From Candidatus Aminicenantales bacterium (GTDB taxonomy: Bacteria > Acidobacteriota > Aminicenantia > Aminicenantales > Saccharicenantaceae): 60,564 nucleotides of DNA. The notes under the pieces were generated by a model. It did not search any database and was not told the DNA's origin. It saw only the letters and a list, made by a program, of their open reading frames with translations. The stretch lies in NCBI GenBank assembly GCA_049512315.1, contig JBEKXF010000019.1, forward strand, positions 1 to 60,564. Direction: 5' to 3'. Below are positions 42,453 through 52,274 of the stretch, piece after piece. Position 1 is the stretch's first letter. Each line of letters opens with the position of its first letter. Position numbers and translations under genes: made by a program.

Positions 42453-44623
42453 GCCTCTTCGTCCGCGTCGTCTTTCCCCTGCCGCTTGACCGGCCCTTCG
42501 TTTACGCCGTTCCCGATCGCCTCCGGGAGAGGGCGCGGCCGGGATGCCGGGTCCTCGCCCCCCTCGGGAAAAAAACCCAGAGCGGATTCATCGTCGCCGC
42601 GAGCCCCCAGCCTCCTCCGCCGGGGATGCAGGTCAAGGACATCGCCGAGGTCCTCGACGACAAGCCCTTTTGGGACGAGCGCTACCTCTCCTTCACGGAG
42701 GTCCTCAGCGCAGAATACCACTCATCCTGGGGCGAGATCCTTCAGGCGTCCCTGCCGCCTTCCCTGGCCCTCAAGACAAAAGTGACGGTCACGCTGACGG
42801 ATGCCGGACGGGAGGCCCTGGAAAAGAAAAAGCTTGGCCCCAGGGAGCGGACCCTGGCAGGTCTCCTGTTGGAGCAGGCGAAGGGCCGCAGCCCGCTTTT
42901 CCTGCAAAGAAAGGCCGGCCTCAAGAGCGCCCCGGCCATGATTTCCAGGATGGCAAAAAAGGGACTCGTGGCCGTTTTGGAAACACGGCTCCCGCCCCCG
43001 CGGGCCAGAAAGGAGATCCTCGAAGAAAGGATCTCCCAGCTCCGGCTGGATTTCCCGGGGACTAAGCGCCCGGAGGGCGCCCTCTCTCCGGTCGAAAAGG
43101 CGCTGGACGAAGGCCGCTCCGGGGCCTTTTACCTCTACGGTCCGAGGCCGGCGCTCGAGGCAGCTTATCGCGGCCTTGTCCAAAGGACCATGGGCAATTC
43201 CGGGAAGACGTTATTCCTCGTCCCGGAGGTCGCCCTGACACGGGAGCTCATCGCCGATTTCGAGGCCGAGTTCGGCGGGAAGGCCGTGGTCTTCCACGGC
43301 CGAATGACCGAGAAACAAAAGGATTCGGCCTGGCGGGGCCTCAGGAGCAGGAAGACGGCCCTGATCGCGGGGACGCGCTCCGCGCTCTTCCTCGACCCGG
43401 GGGCGCTCCGGCTGATCGTCGTCGCCGACGAACATGAGGATTCCTACTTCCAGTCCGAGAGTCCGTCCTACGACGCCCGTCGCGGCGCCTGGCTGCGGGC
43501 CCGCTCGGAGGGCGCGGTCGTCGTTTTCGGCTCGCCGCGGCCGTCCGTCGAGGCTTTTTACGGGGCGGAGCGGGCCGGCTCTCTCATCGAGCTCGGCGGC
43601 TCGGACGAAAAAACGCCGGTTTCCTGGATTGATCACGGCGCGGAGACGCCTCTCGTTTCCCGAGATCTCGAGCGCAAGATCCAAGCCTGCTTGAGGCGGG
43701 AGGAACCGGCCGTCCTCTTTCTCAACCGCCGGGGCTACGCGTCCTCCCTGGTCTGCGCGGCGTGCGGTCGCGTTCCCCGCTGCCGGCGGTGCGACATCCC
43801 GCTCGTTTATCACAAAAAAGAAGATGAGCTCATCTGCCACTACTGCAACGCCTCCCTCCGGGCCGGGGCCGGCTGCCCCGCCTGCGGAGGGCGTCTGGCC
43901 CTCAGGAGAGGGGCCGGAACCCAGGCCCTGGAAGAAGAGCTCAAGAACCTTTTCCCGGGCGTGCCCGTTGCCCGCTTCGACGCGGATACGGCCGCGGGCC
44001 GGGAAGAGAGGGAAGCAATCATCCGCCGGTTCGCTCAGGGCCGGACCCCCCTTCTCGTCGGGACCCAGCTCCTGGCCTACCAGCCCGGGGTCCCCCGGGT
44101 CCGGCTCGTGGGGGTGCTTTCGCCCGAAACGCTCCTCGGCTTTTCCGACTACCGGGTGGGCCAGAAGACGTTCCAGGCCGTGGCCCGGATGACCGAGCTC
44201 TCCGAGCCCGGCCCCGGGTCCGAGGTCGTCGTCCAGACCCCAGTTCCCGTCCACTACAGCATCCGGGCAGCCGCGTCGCGGGATTTCACGGCGTTCTATG
44301 CGCAAGAGATCCATTTCCGGCGGATCATGAATTATCCCCCTCTGACGGCCCTGGCCGAGGTGACGCTGCAGGGGCGCGACCTGCGCTCTCTCGGGACCCG
44401 ATCCAGGGAATTCCGGGCCCTCCTCCGAAAATTCGAGCCGGAGCTCGAAGTCCTCGGCCCGGCCTTCGCCGCTGTCGTGCGGGTCAAGGACGTCTCCAGA
44501 GTCCAGGTCATCCTCAAGGCCCGGAGCAGGGAGACGATCGTCCGGGCCCTCGGCGAAGCCCTCCCCTGCATGCGGCTGAGGAAATCCATCGTCTTTTCCT
44601 ATTCCCCCTTCGGCGGGGAGTGA
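42449..44623 (+). CDS. priA: Primosomal protein N' (PriA) with degenerate helicase motifs
   Basis: 3'-binding domain (FVYAVP..G.RV.APLG), LVPEVALT, GTRSALF, LNRRGY, four CxxC, GTQ, NYPP; ATG 42449 overlaps the udg stop. Confidence 0.92.
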   Translation: MSLFVRVVFPLPLDRPFVYAVPDRLRERARPGCRVLAPLGKKTQSGFIVAASPQPPPPGMQVKDIAEVLDDKPFWDERYLSFTEVLSAEYHSSWGEILQASLPPSLALKTKVTVTLTDAGREALEKKKLGPRERTLAGLLLEQAKGRSPLFLQRKAGLKSAPAMISRMAKKGLVAVLETRLPPPRARKEILEERISQLRLDFPGTKRPEGALSPVEKALDEGRSGAFYLYGPRPALEAAYRGLVQRTMGNSGKTLFLVPEVALTRELIADFEAEFGGKAVVFHGRMTEKQKDSAWRGLRSRKTALIAGTRSALFLDPGALRLIVVADEHEDSYFQSESPSYDARRGAWLRARSEGAVVVFGSPRPSVEAFYGAERAGSLIELGGSDEKTPVSWIDHGAETPLVSRDLERKIQACLRREEPAVLFLNRRGYASSLVCAACGRVPRCRRCDIPLVYHKKEDELICHYCNASLRAGAGCPACGGRLALRRGAGTQALEEELKNLFPGVPVARFDADTAAGREEREAIIRRFAQGRTPLLVGTQLLAYQPGVPRVRLVGVLSPETLLGFSDYRVGQKTFQAVARMTELSEPGPGSEVVVQTPVPVHYSIRAAASRDFTAFYAQEIHFRRIMNYPPLTALAEVTLQGRDLRSLGTRSREFRALLRKFEPELEVLGPAFAAVVRVKDVSRVQVILKARSRETIVRALGEALPCMRLRKSIVFSYSPFGGE

Positions 44624-44739
44624 ATTCCGGGGAGCGACCAGCAGAAGTGCGGCGGAGCAACTCGGAACCGCAATTCTGGTAATTATCTATAACGAGTCCT
44701 GGATCTTCTTGATGAGCGGCGGAGCGGATTCCCCCTGCC

Positions 44740-44773
44740 AAAAAAAAGGGACCTTCCCGAAGAGAAGGTCCCT
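44740..44773 (-). terminator. Intrinsic terminator of the coaD-pil operon
   Basis: Minus strand AGGGACCTTCTC-TTCG-GGAAGGTCCC followed by T8. Confidence 0.85.
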
Positions 44774-44796
44774 GAACAGTCGTCTAGAACGCGGTC

Positions 44797-45366
44797 TTAA
44801 TAGTCGCCGAAGACGATCGTCAGCTGCCCCGTGGCCTCGACCTGGTGGTTGGTCCCGTCGTGGCCCTGGAAAGTCACGCGGGCGACAACCTGGAGCCGGT
44901 TGGTCGTGCCGACCAGGGCGGCCAGGGGTGCGACCAGCTTGGCGCCGCTCAGGACGGCGACGAAGGAGACGGTCTGACTTGAGCCGATCTTGACGAGAAG
45001 CGAGGAGCTCGTGCCTTCGATGGACGCCGGCACCGTGACTCCGGCCTCACCCGTGCCGTCCGGGAGAAAATAGTCGATCGTGTAACCCGTCAGCGTGATG
45101 TCGTTGTACTGGGACGGGCCCGAGGTCCCCCCCGTCGGGTCCTTCAGGCTGGCCGTGAGGGTGACCGAGGCCGTGTCGGACGTCGTGGTCGAAACATCCG
45201 ATTCGAGGAGCATGGCGGTCGTCCCGTCGATGGTCGTCCCCGTGATGCTCTCCACGATGAGCATGCTGGTGCTCTTGGAGCTCTTCTCGACGGGGTTGCA
45301 GGCGGCAAGAACAAGGAATCCCGCGAGGACGGCGAGTATCTTGAGAGTCGATGCTGTGTGTTTCAT
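44797..45366 (-). CDS. Hypothetical lipoprotein, Thr/Ser- and beta-rich
   Basis: Lipobox LAAC, SD GAGG, last gene before the terminator. Confidence 0.8.
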   Translation of the reverse strand: MKHTASTLKILAVLAGFLVLAACNPVEKSSKSTSMLIVESITGTTIDGTTAMLLESDVSTTTSDTASVTLTASLKDPTGGTSGPSQYNDITLTGYTIDYFLPDGTGEAGVTVPASIEGTSSSLLVKIGSSQTVSFVAVLSGAKLVAPLAALVGTTNRLQVVARVTFQGHDGTNHQVEATGQLTIVFGDY

Positions 45367-45389
45367 GGTTCTCTCCTCTCGTGTCCGAG

Positions 45390-47756
45390 TTATTTAATGA
45401 TCCTTGGAGTGATGAAGATGAGGAGCTCGCGGCTCGTTTTGGTCCGGGCGAAGTTCCTGAAGAGCCCCCCCAGGATCGGGATCTGGTTCAGGAAGGGCAC
45501 TTTTTCCCGGGTGACCGAGTCCTCTGTCCTGTAGATGCCGCCGATGACCGTCGTCCCGCCGTCGGGGACCATGACCGTCGTTTTGGCGCTCTGGGTCGTG
45601 ATGGGAGGGATGCCGTTGACGAGGTTGGCGAAATCCGCCGCGTTGTTCTGGATCTCGACCGTCATGATGATCGTCCCTTCGGCCGTGATCTGCGGCGTGG
45701 CTTTGAGCTCCAGGGCGGCGTTGACGTACCGGGTCGTCACGGTGAAGTTGGCCACTGTTTGGACGGGGATCTGGCGTCCCTGGACGATATTGGCTTCCAT
45801 GTTATTCTGGGTCGTGATCTGGGGATGGGAGATGATCTTGCCTTCGCCGGCTGATTCGAGGGCCGATAGCGCGACATCAAGCCGGAACGTGTCGAGGACA
45901 TTGGCGAACGAGAGCCCTAGGGCAGAACTGAAGGCCGGGGCCGGGAGGTTGATGGCGTAGCCGCCGAGCGGGCCGCCGATCCCCTTGGTCGTTGTGCCCG
46001 TGGGGATCAAGGCGCCGTTGACATTGACCGAATTCGGGAACTGGAGGGAGGTTGTATTCCCATTGAATGAGTCGGCGTTGAGCTTGAACCCCCATTGGAT
46101 GCCCAAGTTCCGGGTGAAGGTGGTCGAGGCTTCCACGATCCGGGCCTCGATGGAGACCTGGGGGGTCGGCGTGTCGACGACGGTGAGCAGCTTCTCGATG
46201 GTGTCCATCTTATCCTTGACGTCCGTGATGAGGAGCGTGTTCGTCCGTTCGTCGATGATCATCTCGCCGCGGTTGGAGAGCTTGGATTTGAGGAGCGCGG
46301 CCACATCCTTGGCCTTGGAGTAGGACAGGGTGATCGTCTTGATTTGGACGGGCCCGGCCAGCTCCTTGCTCTCTTTCATCTTCCGCTCGTCCTCCTGTTC
46401 GCGGGTCAAGATGCCGATTGGCGCGATCCGGAGGACGTTGCCCTCGATCGTTTTCCCCATCTTGTTCTGCTTGAGGACGATGTCGAGGGCCTGGTCCCAG
46501 GGGACGTCCTGGAGGTTGCAGGTGACGACGCCCCGGACGTCCGAGTCGAAGACGACGTTCAGGCTGGCGAATTCGGCCAGGTAGAGGACGACGTCACGGA
46601 GGTCCGCATCCTTGAACTTCAGGCTGAGGACCTCGCCGGAGTACTTGTCTTCTTCGGCGGCGATGGTCTTGGGTTTGTATTTTTCTTGTTCGGACGCCGC
46701 GGTCTTTTTCTCCTGGACAGCGGCTGCCGGGGCTTGCGGCGGGGGAGGAGCTTCCGTCAGGGCCGGCTTGGGGGCCGGCTTCTGTTCGACCCTGGCCTCA
46801 ACGACCGCCGGATTGGCGACCTTGACGGGCGCAGGGACCTGGACTTCCGGCTTGGTCAAAGACACCGGGGCCGGAACGGCCTTCGGGGCCTCGTCCTTGA
46901 GGACGGGCGCCTGGACCGGCGTCGACTGGACCGGGACGTCCTTCGCTTCGTCCGCGGCCTGGTTCTTGAAGAAAGACACGACCAGGCCCGACTTGTCCGA
47001 ATCGAGCGCATACAGTCCGGGCTCCTTGAGATCGAAAACGAGGCGGGTGATCGGCCGGGGATTGGATTGCTGGAACTGGCCGACCCGGACCCTCTGGACC
47101 GAGGTCTGGGCGTTCTCGACCGACCAAACGTCGGCCTTGGCCGTGAGGACCGTGTCGTAGAGGTCGACGACCAGGCGCGGGGGGTTTTCCAGGGCGAAGA
47201 CCTGGGCGACGGCCTCGTCGGTCAGCTGGGCCCGGAACGAAACCCGGTCGGCGGCCTGGGAATAGTCGATCTTCTCCAGGAAGATCTCGCCCTTGGGCCT
47301 CCGGTCGAGCTGGGCCTGGGTCTCGGAGTCGATGAGGTAGCTTCCCTGGCCCCTCTGGATCTTGGCCAGCTCGACGACCGTCCGTCCCTGCTCGGTCCTG
47401 ACCCGGATGGGGACGCGCTCATTGAGCCGGACGAGGAACCGGAGGTCCTGAAGGCCCGATTTCTGGACCTGGATATCACGGATGAACTGGGATTCGGAGG
47501 CAGGCACGAGAGGAGCTTCCGTCGTCTTGGCCTTGTTCAGGTCTAGGACGAAGGTCTGGGGGGAGTCGGGCAGGTAATAGGCTTTCGGGGCGGAAAGCTG
47601 GCCATCGGCCTGGAGGACGAGCCTGGTCGCCAGGGGGCCCGACTGGACCTGGATCTTGCTGATGTTGACGGCGAGGTCCGGGCTCTCGGCGTGCAAAACG
47701 ACGAGCACGAGGACACACACACAGGCGAATACGGCTGGCACGATTTTCTTTTTCAT
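45390..47756 (-). CDS. pilQ: Type IV pilus secretin with AMIN domains
   Basis: LENPPRLVVDL, VPWDQALD, DERTNTL, QVSIEARIVEA, KVPFLNQIPILGGLF, ELLIFITPRI. Confidence 0.93.
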   Translation of the reverse strand: MKKKIVPAVFACVCVLVLVVLHAESPDLAVNISKIQVQSGPLATRLVLQADGQLSAPKAYYLPDSPQTFVLDLNKAKTTEAPLVPASESQFIRDIQVQKSGLQDLRFLVRLNERVPIRVRTEQGRTVVELAKIQRGQGSYLIDSETQAQLDRRPKGEIFLEKIDYSQAADRVSFRAQLTDEAVAQVFALENPPRLVVDLYDTVLTAKADVWSVENAQTSVQRVRVGQFQQSNPRPITRLVFDLKEPGLYALDSDKSGLVVSFFKNQAADEAKDVPVQSTPVQAPVLKDEAPKAVPAPVSLTKPEVQVPAPVKVANPAVVEARVEQKPAPKPALTEAPPPPQAPAAAVQEKKTAASEQEKYKPKTIAAEEDKYSGEVLSLKFKDADLRDVVLYLAEFASLNVVFDSDVRGVVTCNLQDVPWDQALDIVLKQNKMGKTIEGNVLRIAPIGILTREQEDERKMKESKELAGPVQIKTITLSYSKAKDVAALLKSKLSNRGEMIIDERTNTLLITDVKDKMDTIEKLLTVVDTPTPQVSIEARIVEASTTFTRNLGIQWGFKLNADSFNGNTTSLQFPNSVNVNGALIPTGTTTKGIGGPLGGYAINLPAPAFSSALGLSFANVLDTFRLDVALSALESAGEGKIISHPQITTQNNMEANIVQGRQIPVQTVANFTVTTRYVNAALELKATPQITAEGTIIMTVEIQNNAADFANLVNGIPPITTQSAKTTVMVPDGGTTVIGGIYRTEDSVTREKVPFLNQIPILGGLFRNFARTKTSRELLIFITPRIIK

Positions 47757-47757
47757 G

Positions 47758-48210
47758 TTAACGCTCCTCAGGATTGATTTCTTTGACGATATCCCGCGGC
47801 CTCATGAGGGGGATCCCTCGCTCACTAGTTTTGCGGAATACAACCTGGGTCGGGCTGATGCTCAGGATATAGCCGTCGGCAACCTTGTCCCCGACGCTGA
47901 GAAAACGGGGAAAGCCCTGGGTTGTCCCCACGATCGCGGTGTATCCCTTCTTGGCTTTGATGATCCCGATCAGGATCAGGTCCTCCACCGCGCCCTGGAC
48001 GTCGCCGGTGACCGTCTTGTCACGGACGTCGCCCCCTCCGAGGAGGTCCCGGAAGGGGTCCCTCCGGCCTTCGGGGTTGTAGAGGACCGGGCCCGAGCTT
48101 TTGAGCGCCGGCTTTTCTTGAGGCGTTGGGCCTGCCGGGTTCTCCTGGGAGAGGAGGGGGACCAGGCCGAGCAGACTCAAAATCAGGATGCTGGTGAGTA
48201 TTTTTTTCAT
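47758..48210 (-). CDS. pilP: PilP-like protein
   Basis: YNPEGRRDPF, L.LIGII, A.V..G; lies between pilO and pilQ; start at 48210 by ATGA overlap. Confidence 0.75.
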   Translation of the reverse strand: MKKILTSILILSLLGLVPLLSQENPAGPTPQEKPALKSSGPVLYNPEGRRDPFRDLLGGGDVRDKTVTGDVQGAVEDLILIGIIKAKKGYTAIVGTTQGFPRFLSVGDKVADGYILSISPTQVVFRKTSERGIPLMRPRDIVKEINPEER

Positions 48211-48788
48211 CGTCCGGGCCTCTTGGCTTTGGGTTTGGATGCGGGAGCCGTTGGCTCCTCGAGGAAGAGATATGTCTTGGCCGTCCAGTTGGCCGAAATC
48301 GTCGAAAGGTCCGTCTGGCGGGTCAGGGCCTTGATCGAGAACTTGTCGATGCTGAACAGGCGCGAGTACTGGCTGAGGCGATCGAAATAGGTGCCGAGGT
48401 TGTGGTAGGTCCCGTTGATCTGGATGTTGATCGGCCATTCCGCGTAGAACTCCCGGTTGACCTCTTTCTGCTGGGTGAAGTTCGTAACGTCGAGCCGGGA
48501 GTCATAGGCCAACTGCTGGACCTGCCTGAGGATGTCGGCCTGCTCCTTCCGCTGGGGGATGATCGCTTCGAGCCCCTTGAGCTGGGCCGTCATGACGACG
48601 AGCTCGGCCTCGATCTTGTCCAGCTCTTTTTTCTTCTGCTTCAGGTCCCTGACCTCGTTCTCGACTTTGACCCGGTCCGCCTTCAGGGCCTGGAGCTTGG
48701 CGTTCTGGGGGCTGAAATAGAAGAAGTGGGCCAGGGCGAAAATGAGGACGGCGACGATCGCCGATCCGTACCAGGGCGTGTTTTTCAT
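48207..48788 (-). CDS. pilO: Type IV pilus assembly protein PilO
   Basis: TM + coiled coil, FYAEWPINIQINGTYHNLG.YF. Confidence 0.9.
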   Translation of the reverse strand: MKNTPWYGSAIVAVLIFALAHFFYFSPQNAKLQALKADRVKVENEVRDLKQKKKELDKIEAELVVMTAQLKGLEAIIPQRKEQADILRQVQQLAYDSRLDVTNFTQQKEVNREFYAEWPINIQINGTYHNLGTYFDRLSQYSRLFSIDKFSIKALTRQTDLSTISANWTAKTYLFLEEPTAPASKPKAKRPGR

Positions 48789-49429
48789 GTCGTTCCCCTT
48801 TGCTTGGCGGCGGGTTTTGCAGCGGGTTCGGGCTTGGCGGCCGCCGGCGCCGGTCCCGGCTTCTGTTTGAGCGCAGCGCTGAGCGAGAAGTCCAGGTACT
48901 CGTTCTTTTGGGTCTTTTTCTGGGCCGACGTGATCAGGCTGACGTTCGCGAAGACGGGGCTGTTCTCGAGGCTGGTCATGTAGTCCGCGATGAGATTGTT
49001 CGAGATGGCCTTCCCCTTGATCTGGAGACCCTTGTTGTCATAGGTGACCTCGGTCAGCCAGACCCAGTCCGGCAGGCTCCGGCTGAGCTGGTCCATGATC
49101 CGGACGGCCGAGTCCTGCTGGGACCGGAGGTCGTTGATGAGGTTGATCTTCCGCTCCAGGGACTCCTTCAGCTTTTTCTGCTCCTCGAGCTTGGCCGTGA
49201 CGTACTGGAGCTTAGTCTTCTCCGTCCGGGCCGTGGCCAGGAGCTCTTCCTCGCGGCTGAAGGCCTGGCGCTGGAGGAAGAGATAGGCCCCGAGCGCGAT
49301 GACGAGCAGCAGGAAGATCAGGCTGCCGAGCTTCGACGATTTTTTGACCGTGACCTCAGGCGCCCCCGGCGTGACGGCCGCTTCCTTGATGTCCTTGGTT
49401 TCCGGCTTTAAGAGGTTGATCCGTATCAT
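48785..49429 (-). CDS. pilN: Type IV pilus assembly protein PilN
   Basis: MIRINLL, TM, LPDWVWLTE. Confidence 0.92.
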   Translation of the reverse strand: MIRINLLKPETKDIKEAAVTPGAPEVTVKKSSKLGSLIFLLLVIALGAYLFLQRQAFSREEELLATARTEKTKLQYVTAKLEEQKKLKESLERKINLINDLRSQQDSAVRIMDQLSRSLPDWVWLTEVTYDNKGLQIKGKAISNNLIADYMTSLENSPVFANVSLITSAQKKTQKNEYLDFSLSAALKQKPGPAPAAAKPEPAAKPAAKQRGTT

Positions 49430-49431
49430 GG

Positions 49432-50511
49432 TTACTTCTCCGACTTTCGGGTCGCCAGTCCGACGGCGACACCAAAGATGGGTGCCATTTCGTTGAAATA
49501 CATCGAATCGAATTTGTTGTCATCCACTTGGACGTTGCGGAACGGGTTGAGAATCTCGGTCTTGATCCGGAATTTCTGCTCGAAGGCGCCGACCATGTTC
49601 GGGACGTTGGCCAGTCCGCCGCTGAGGAAGATCTGCTCGATCTTCCGCTCCCTTTTTTCGGAGGCCTCGTAGAAGGAGAAGGTTTTCTCGATCTCGTCGA
49701 GGAGGTCCCTGACGTTCATCGACAGGACGGTCGCGAACTGATCGGCCGTGACCGACTTCCCGGGAATCCCCTTGAGGAGTTTCTCGGCCTCCTCGAAGCT
49801 GATGTTGAGCTCCTTGCGCATGTTCTCCGTGAAGAAAAAGCCGCCGAGGGCAAGGTCGCGGAACAGCTGCGGCGTCCCCCGCTCGACAATGACGACGTTG
49901 GTGATGTTGGCGCCGATGTTGATCAGGGCCAGCGTTTTTTCGCCGAACGTCTCCGGGTAGTTGAGTTCGAGGACGTTCTGGAGGGCGAAGACGTCGACCT
50001 CGATGCTCTGGAGGTTCTTCCGGGCCTGGTTGACGACGTTGCTGTAGTTGGCGATCTTGTCCTTTTTCGCGGCCACGAGGAGGATGTCCAGGTTCTTGTC
50101 CTCCGAGCCCCGGGACGGCTTTAGGATCGCGTAGTCGACGTTCGTCTCCTCATAGGGATATGGGATGTTGTGCTTCGCTTCCCAGATGATGGACTCGGCG
50201 AGCTCCTGCTTCTCCATGACAGGGAGGGAGATCTTTTTGATGATGACGGAATTGCCCGAGATGGATATGCCGACGTCCTTGCCGGCGATCTTGTTCTCTT
50301 CGAATACCATTCGGATGGTCTCGACCACGGCGGCCGAATCGATGATGGTCCCTTCGACGATCGCATCGTGCGGAAGGGCTTCATAGCCGATCTTCTGGAG
50401 CTCATAGGCCGTGTGGTCTCCCTTCTTTTTCGCCCGGAGCTCAACGGCCTTGACGGAATAGGAGCCGATGTCCAGCCCGACCAAACCTTTTTCGCGAGAG
50501 ATTCCGAACAT
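49432..50511 (-). CDS. pilM: Type IV pilus assembly protein PilM
   Basis: VGLDIGSYSVK, LLVAAKK, NIGA, LSGG, AVGLA. Confidence 0.93.
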   Translation of the reverse strand: MFGISREKGLVGLDIGSYSVKAVELRAKKKGDHTAYELQKIGYEALPHDAIVEGTIIDSAAVVETIRMVFEENKIAGKDVGISISGNSVIIKKISLPVMEKQELAESIIWEAKHNIPYPYEETNVDYAILKPSRGSEDKNLDILLVAAKKDKIANYSNVVNQARKNLQSIEVDVFALQNVLELNYPETFGEKTLALINIGANITNVVIVERGTPQLFRDLALGGFFFTENMRKELNISFEEAEKLLKGIPGKSVTADQFATVLSMNVRDLLDEIEKTFSFYEASEKRERKIEQIFLSGGLANVPNMVGAFEQKFRIKTEILNPFRNVQVDDNKFDSMYFNEMAPIFGVAVGLATRKSEK

Positions 50512-50522
50512 GTTTGCCTGCC

Positions 50523-51029
50523 TTATTTGGATTTGGACTTTCTTGACTCTGTGATCTTATCCCGGAGTTTCCGGGCCACCGGCTCCGGGACGAATTCATC
50601 GACGGAACCGCCCAGAGTGACCATCTCCTTGACCAGGTTCGAGCTGAGGAAGGAGTACTTGACGTTCGGCATCATGAAGAACGTCTCGACATCCGGGGCG
50701 AGGTTCCGGTTCATGAGGGCCATCTGGAGCTCATATTCGAAGTCCGAGATGGCCCGGAGGCCCCGGATGACCACGCGGATCTTCTGGTTCCGGGCGAAGT
50801 CCACCAGCAGGCCGCGGAACGACCGCACGCTGATATTCTCCTGCCCGCTGAAAAGATCCCTGATCATAATGACCCTCTCTTTAGTCGAGAAGAGGGGGGC
50901 TTTTTTGGGGTTTTCCAGGACGGCCACGACGATTCCGTCGAAAACCCGGAGGCCCCGTTCGATAATGTCCACATGCCCGTTGGTAATCGGGTCGAACGAT
51001 CCCGGATATATGGCTCGGCTCTCCATCAT
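50523..51029 (-). CDS. coaD: Pantetheine-phosphate adenylyltransferase
   Basis: YPGSFDPITNGH, RGLRAISDFEYE, LSSNLVKE. Confidence 0.97.
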   Translation of the reverse strand: MMESRAIYPGSFDPITNGHVDIIERGLRVFDGIVVAVLENPKKAPLFSTKERVIMIRDLFSGQENISVRSFRGLLVDFARNQKIRVVIRGLRAISDFEYELQMALMNRNLAPDVETFFMMPNVKYSFLSSNLVKEMVTLGGSVDEFVPEPVARKLRDKITESRKSKSK

Positions 51030-51442
51030 CTGGGCTCGTCGTCAATTCCTCATCAGAACTTATAATCCAAATATCAAAATTCATTCACCTTGTCAACGAA
51101 AATTCTTGACGGCGGCCAGAGATAAGATCGGTTTGGACTTTTTTATTTGACAAAAATTGGCATCTCGGCGGAACCCGGCATTTCGCATTAGTGGCCAATC
51201 GCTTTTTGTGGCTCATCCGCGTACTTTCAGGTCCCGGCGTTTCCCTTCCGCCCTCTATTCTTCATCGCCCCCGCCGGGGGTCAATCACCTCTAGAGATGA
51301 TTGGGTGGATGAAATCCACCCCTCCCTGAAGAGCCCGGGGTTGACGGAGGTCGGGAGCGCCGTCCGCCTTGCAAAGCGGGGGGCTGGGCCCGGGCGGCGC
51401 TTTATGTGATAATGGTGACGGTCGGCGCGGCGGAGGGACGGC

Positions 51443-52234
51443 ATGAGGCTATGGTTTCATTCCAGTGCGCGGGTCGTGGGGCTCCAAGGATTCCCAGGGA
51501 GACCGGGGATGACGTTCGCGATCGTGGCGATGGCCTTCATCTTCCCGGTCAGCTCCCCTCAAGCCCGGGCCCAGGACGAAGCGGCGTTCGCTCGGAAACG
51601 CCTGGCGATGGTCGAAGAGCAGGTCGCGTCCAGGGGCGTGCGGGACGCCGCGGTCCTGGAGGCCCTGAGGATGGTCCCCCGGCATCTCTTCGTCCCGCCG
51701 GAGCTCAGGGATGAAGCCTATGGCGATTATGCGCTGCCGATCGGCGAGGGGCAGACGATTTCCCAGCCGTACATCGTCGGCCTCATGACCCAAAGCCTGG
51801 GCCTTGGGAGAGAGGACAGGGTCCTCGAAGTGGGGACCGGGTCCGGCTACCAGGCGGCCGTCCTGGCCCGCCTCGCGGGCTCCGTTTTTTCCATCGAGAT
51901 CAACGAAACGCTCGCCCGCCTGGCCGGTGCCATCCTCAAGGGCCTGGGTTTCACGAACGTCAGCGTCAAGCAGGGGGACGGCTTTTTCGGCTGGCCTGAG
52001 GCGGCCCCCTTCGACGCGATCATCGTCACTTGCGCGGTCGACCGCGTCCCGCCCCGGCTCATGGAGCAGCTCAAAGAGGGCGGCCGGCTGATCCTTCCCC
52101 TGGGCGACTCGCAGTTTTTTCAGAGGCTGACGCTGGTCACGAAAAAGAACGGGAAACCCTCCTTCCGCGAGATCATTGACGTCCGATTCGTCCCCATGAC
52201 CGGCGAGGCCCTCAAGAAGAAACGCGCCCATTGA
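51443..52234 (+). CDS. pcm: Protein-L-isoaspartate O-methyltransferase
   Basis: VPRHLFV, GQTISQPY, LEVGTGSGYQAA, APFDAI, VRFVPM; start 51443 or 51509. Confidence 0.93.
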   Translation: MRLWFHSSARVVGLQGFPGRPGMTFAIVAMAFIFPVSSPQARAQDEAAFARKRLAMVEEQVASRGVRDAAVLEALRMVPRHLFVPPELRDEAYGDYALPIGEGQTISQPYIVGLMTQSLGLGREDRVLEVGTGSGYQAAVLARLAGSVFSIEINETLARLAGAILKGLGFTNVSVKQGDGFFGWPEAAPFDAIIVTCAVDRVPPRLMEQLKEGGRLILPLGDSQFFQRLTLVTKKNGKPSFREIIDVRFVPMTGEALKKKRAH

Positions 52235-52274
52235 ATTATTTGGACGGGACAGGACCCGTCCGACCTCGGGCGAG

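Noticed and set aside
44637..44680. Stem-loop CAGAA-G-TGCGG...CCGCA-A-TTCTG after priA as an sRNA
   Set aside because: Short and interrupted; plausible as a priA 3'-end structure or chance, with no family features
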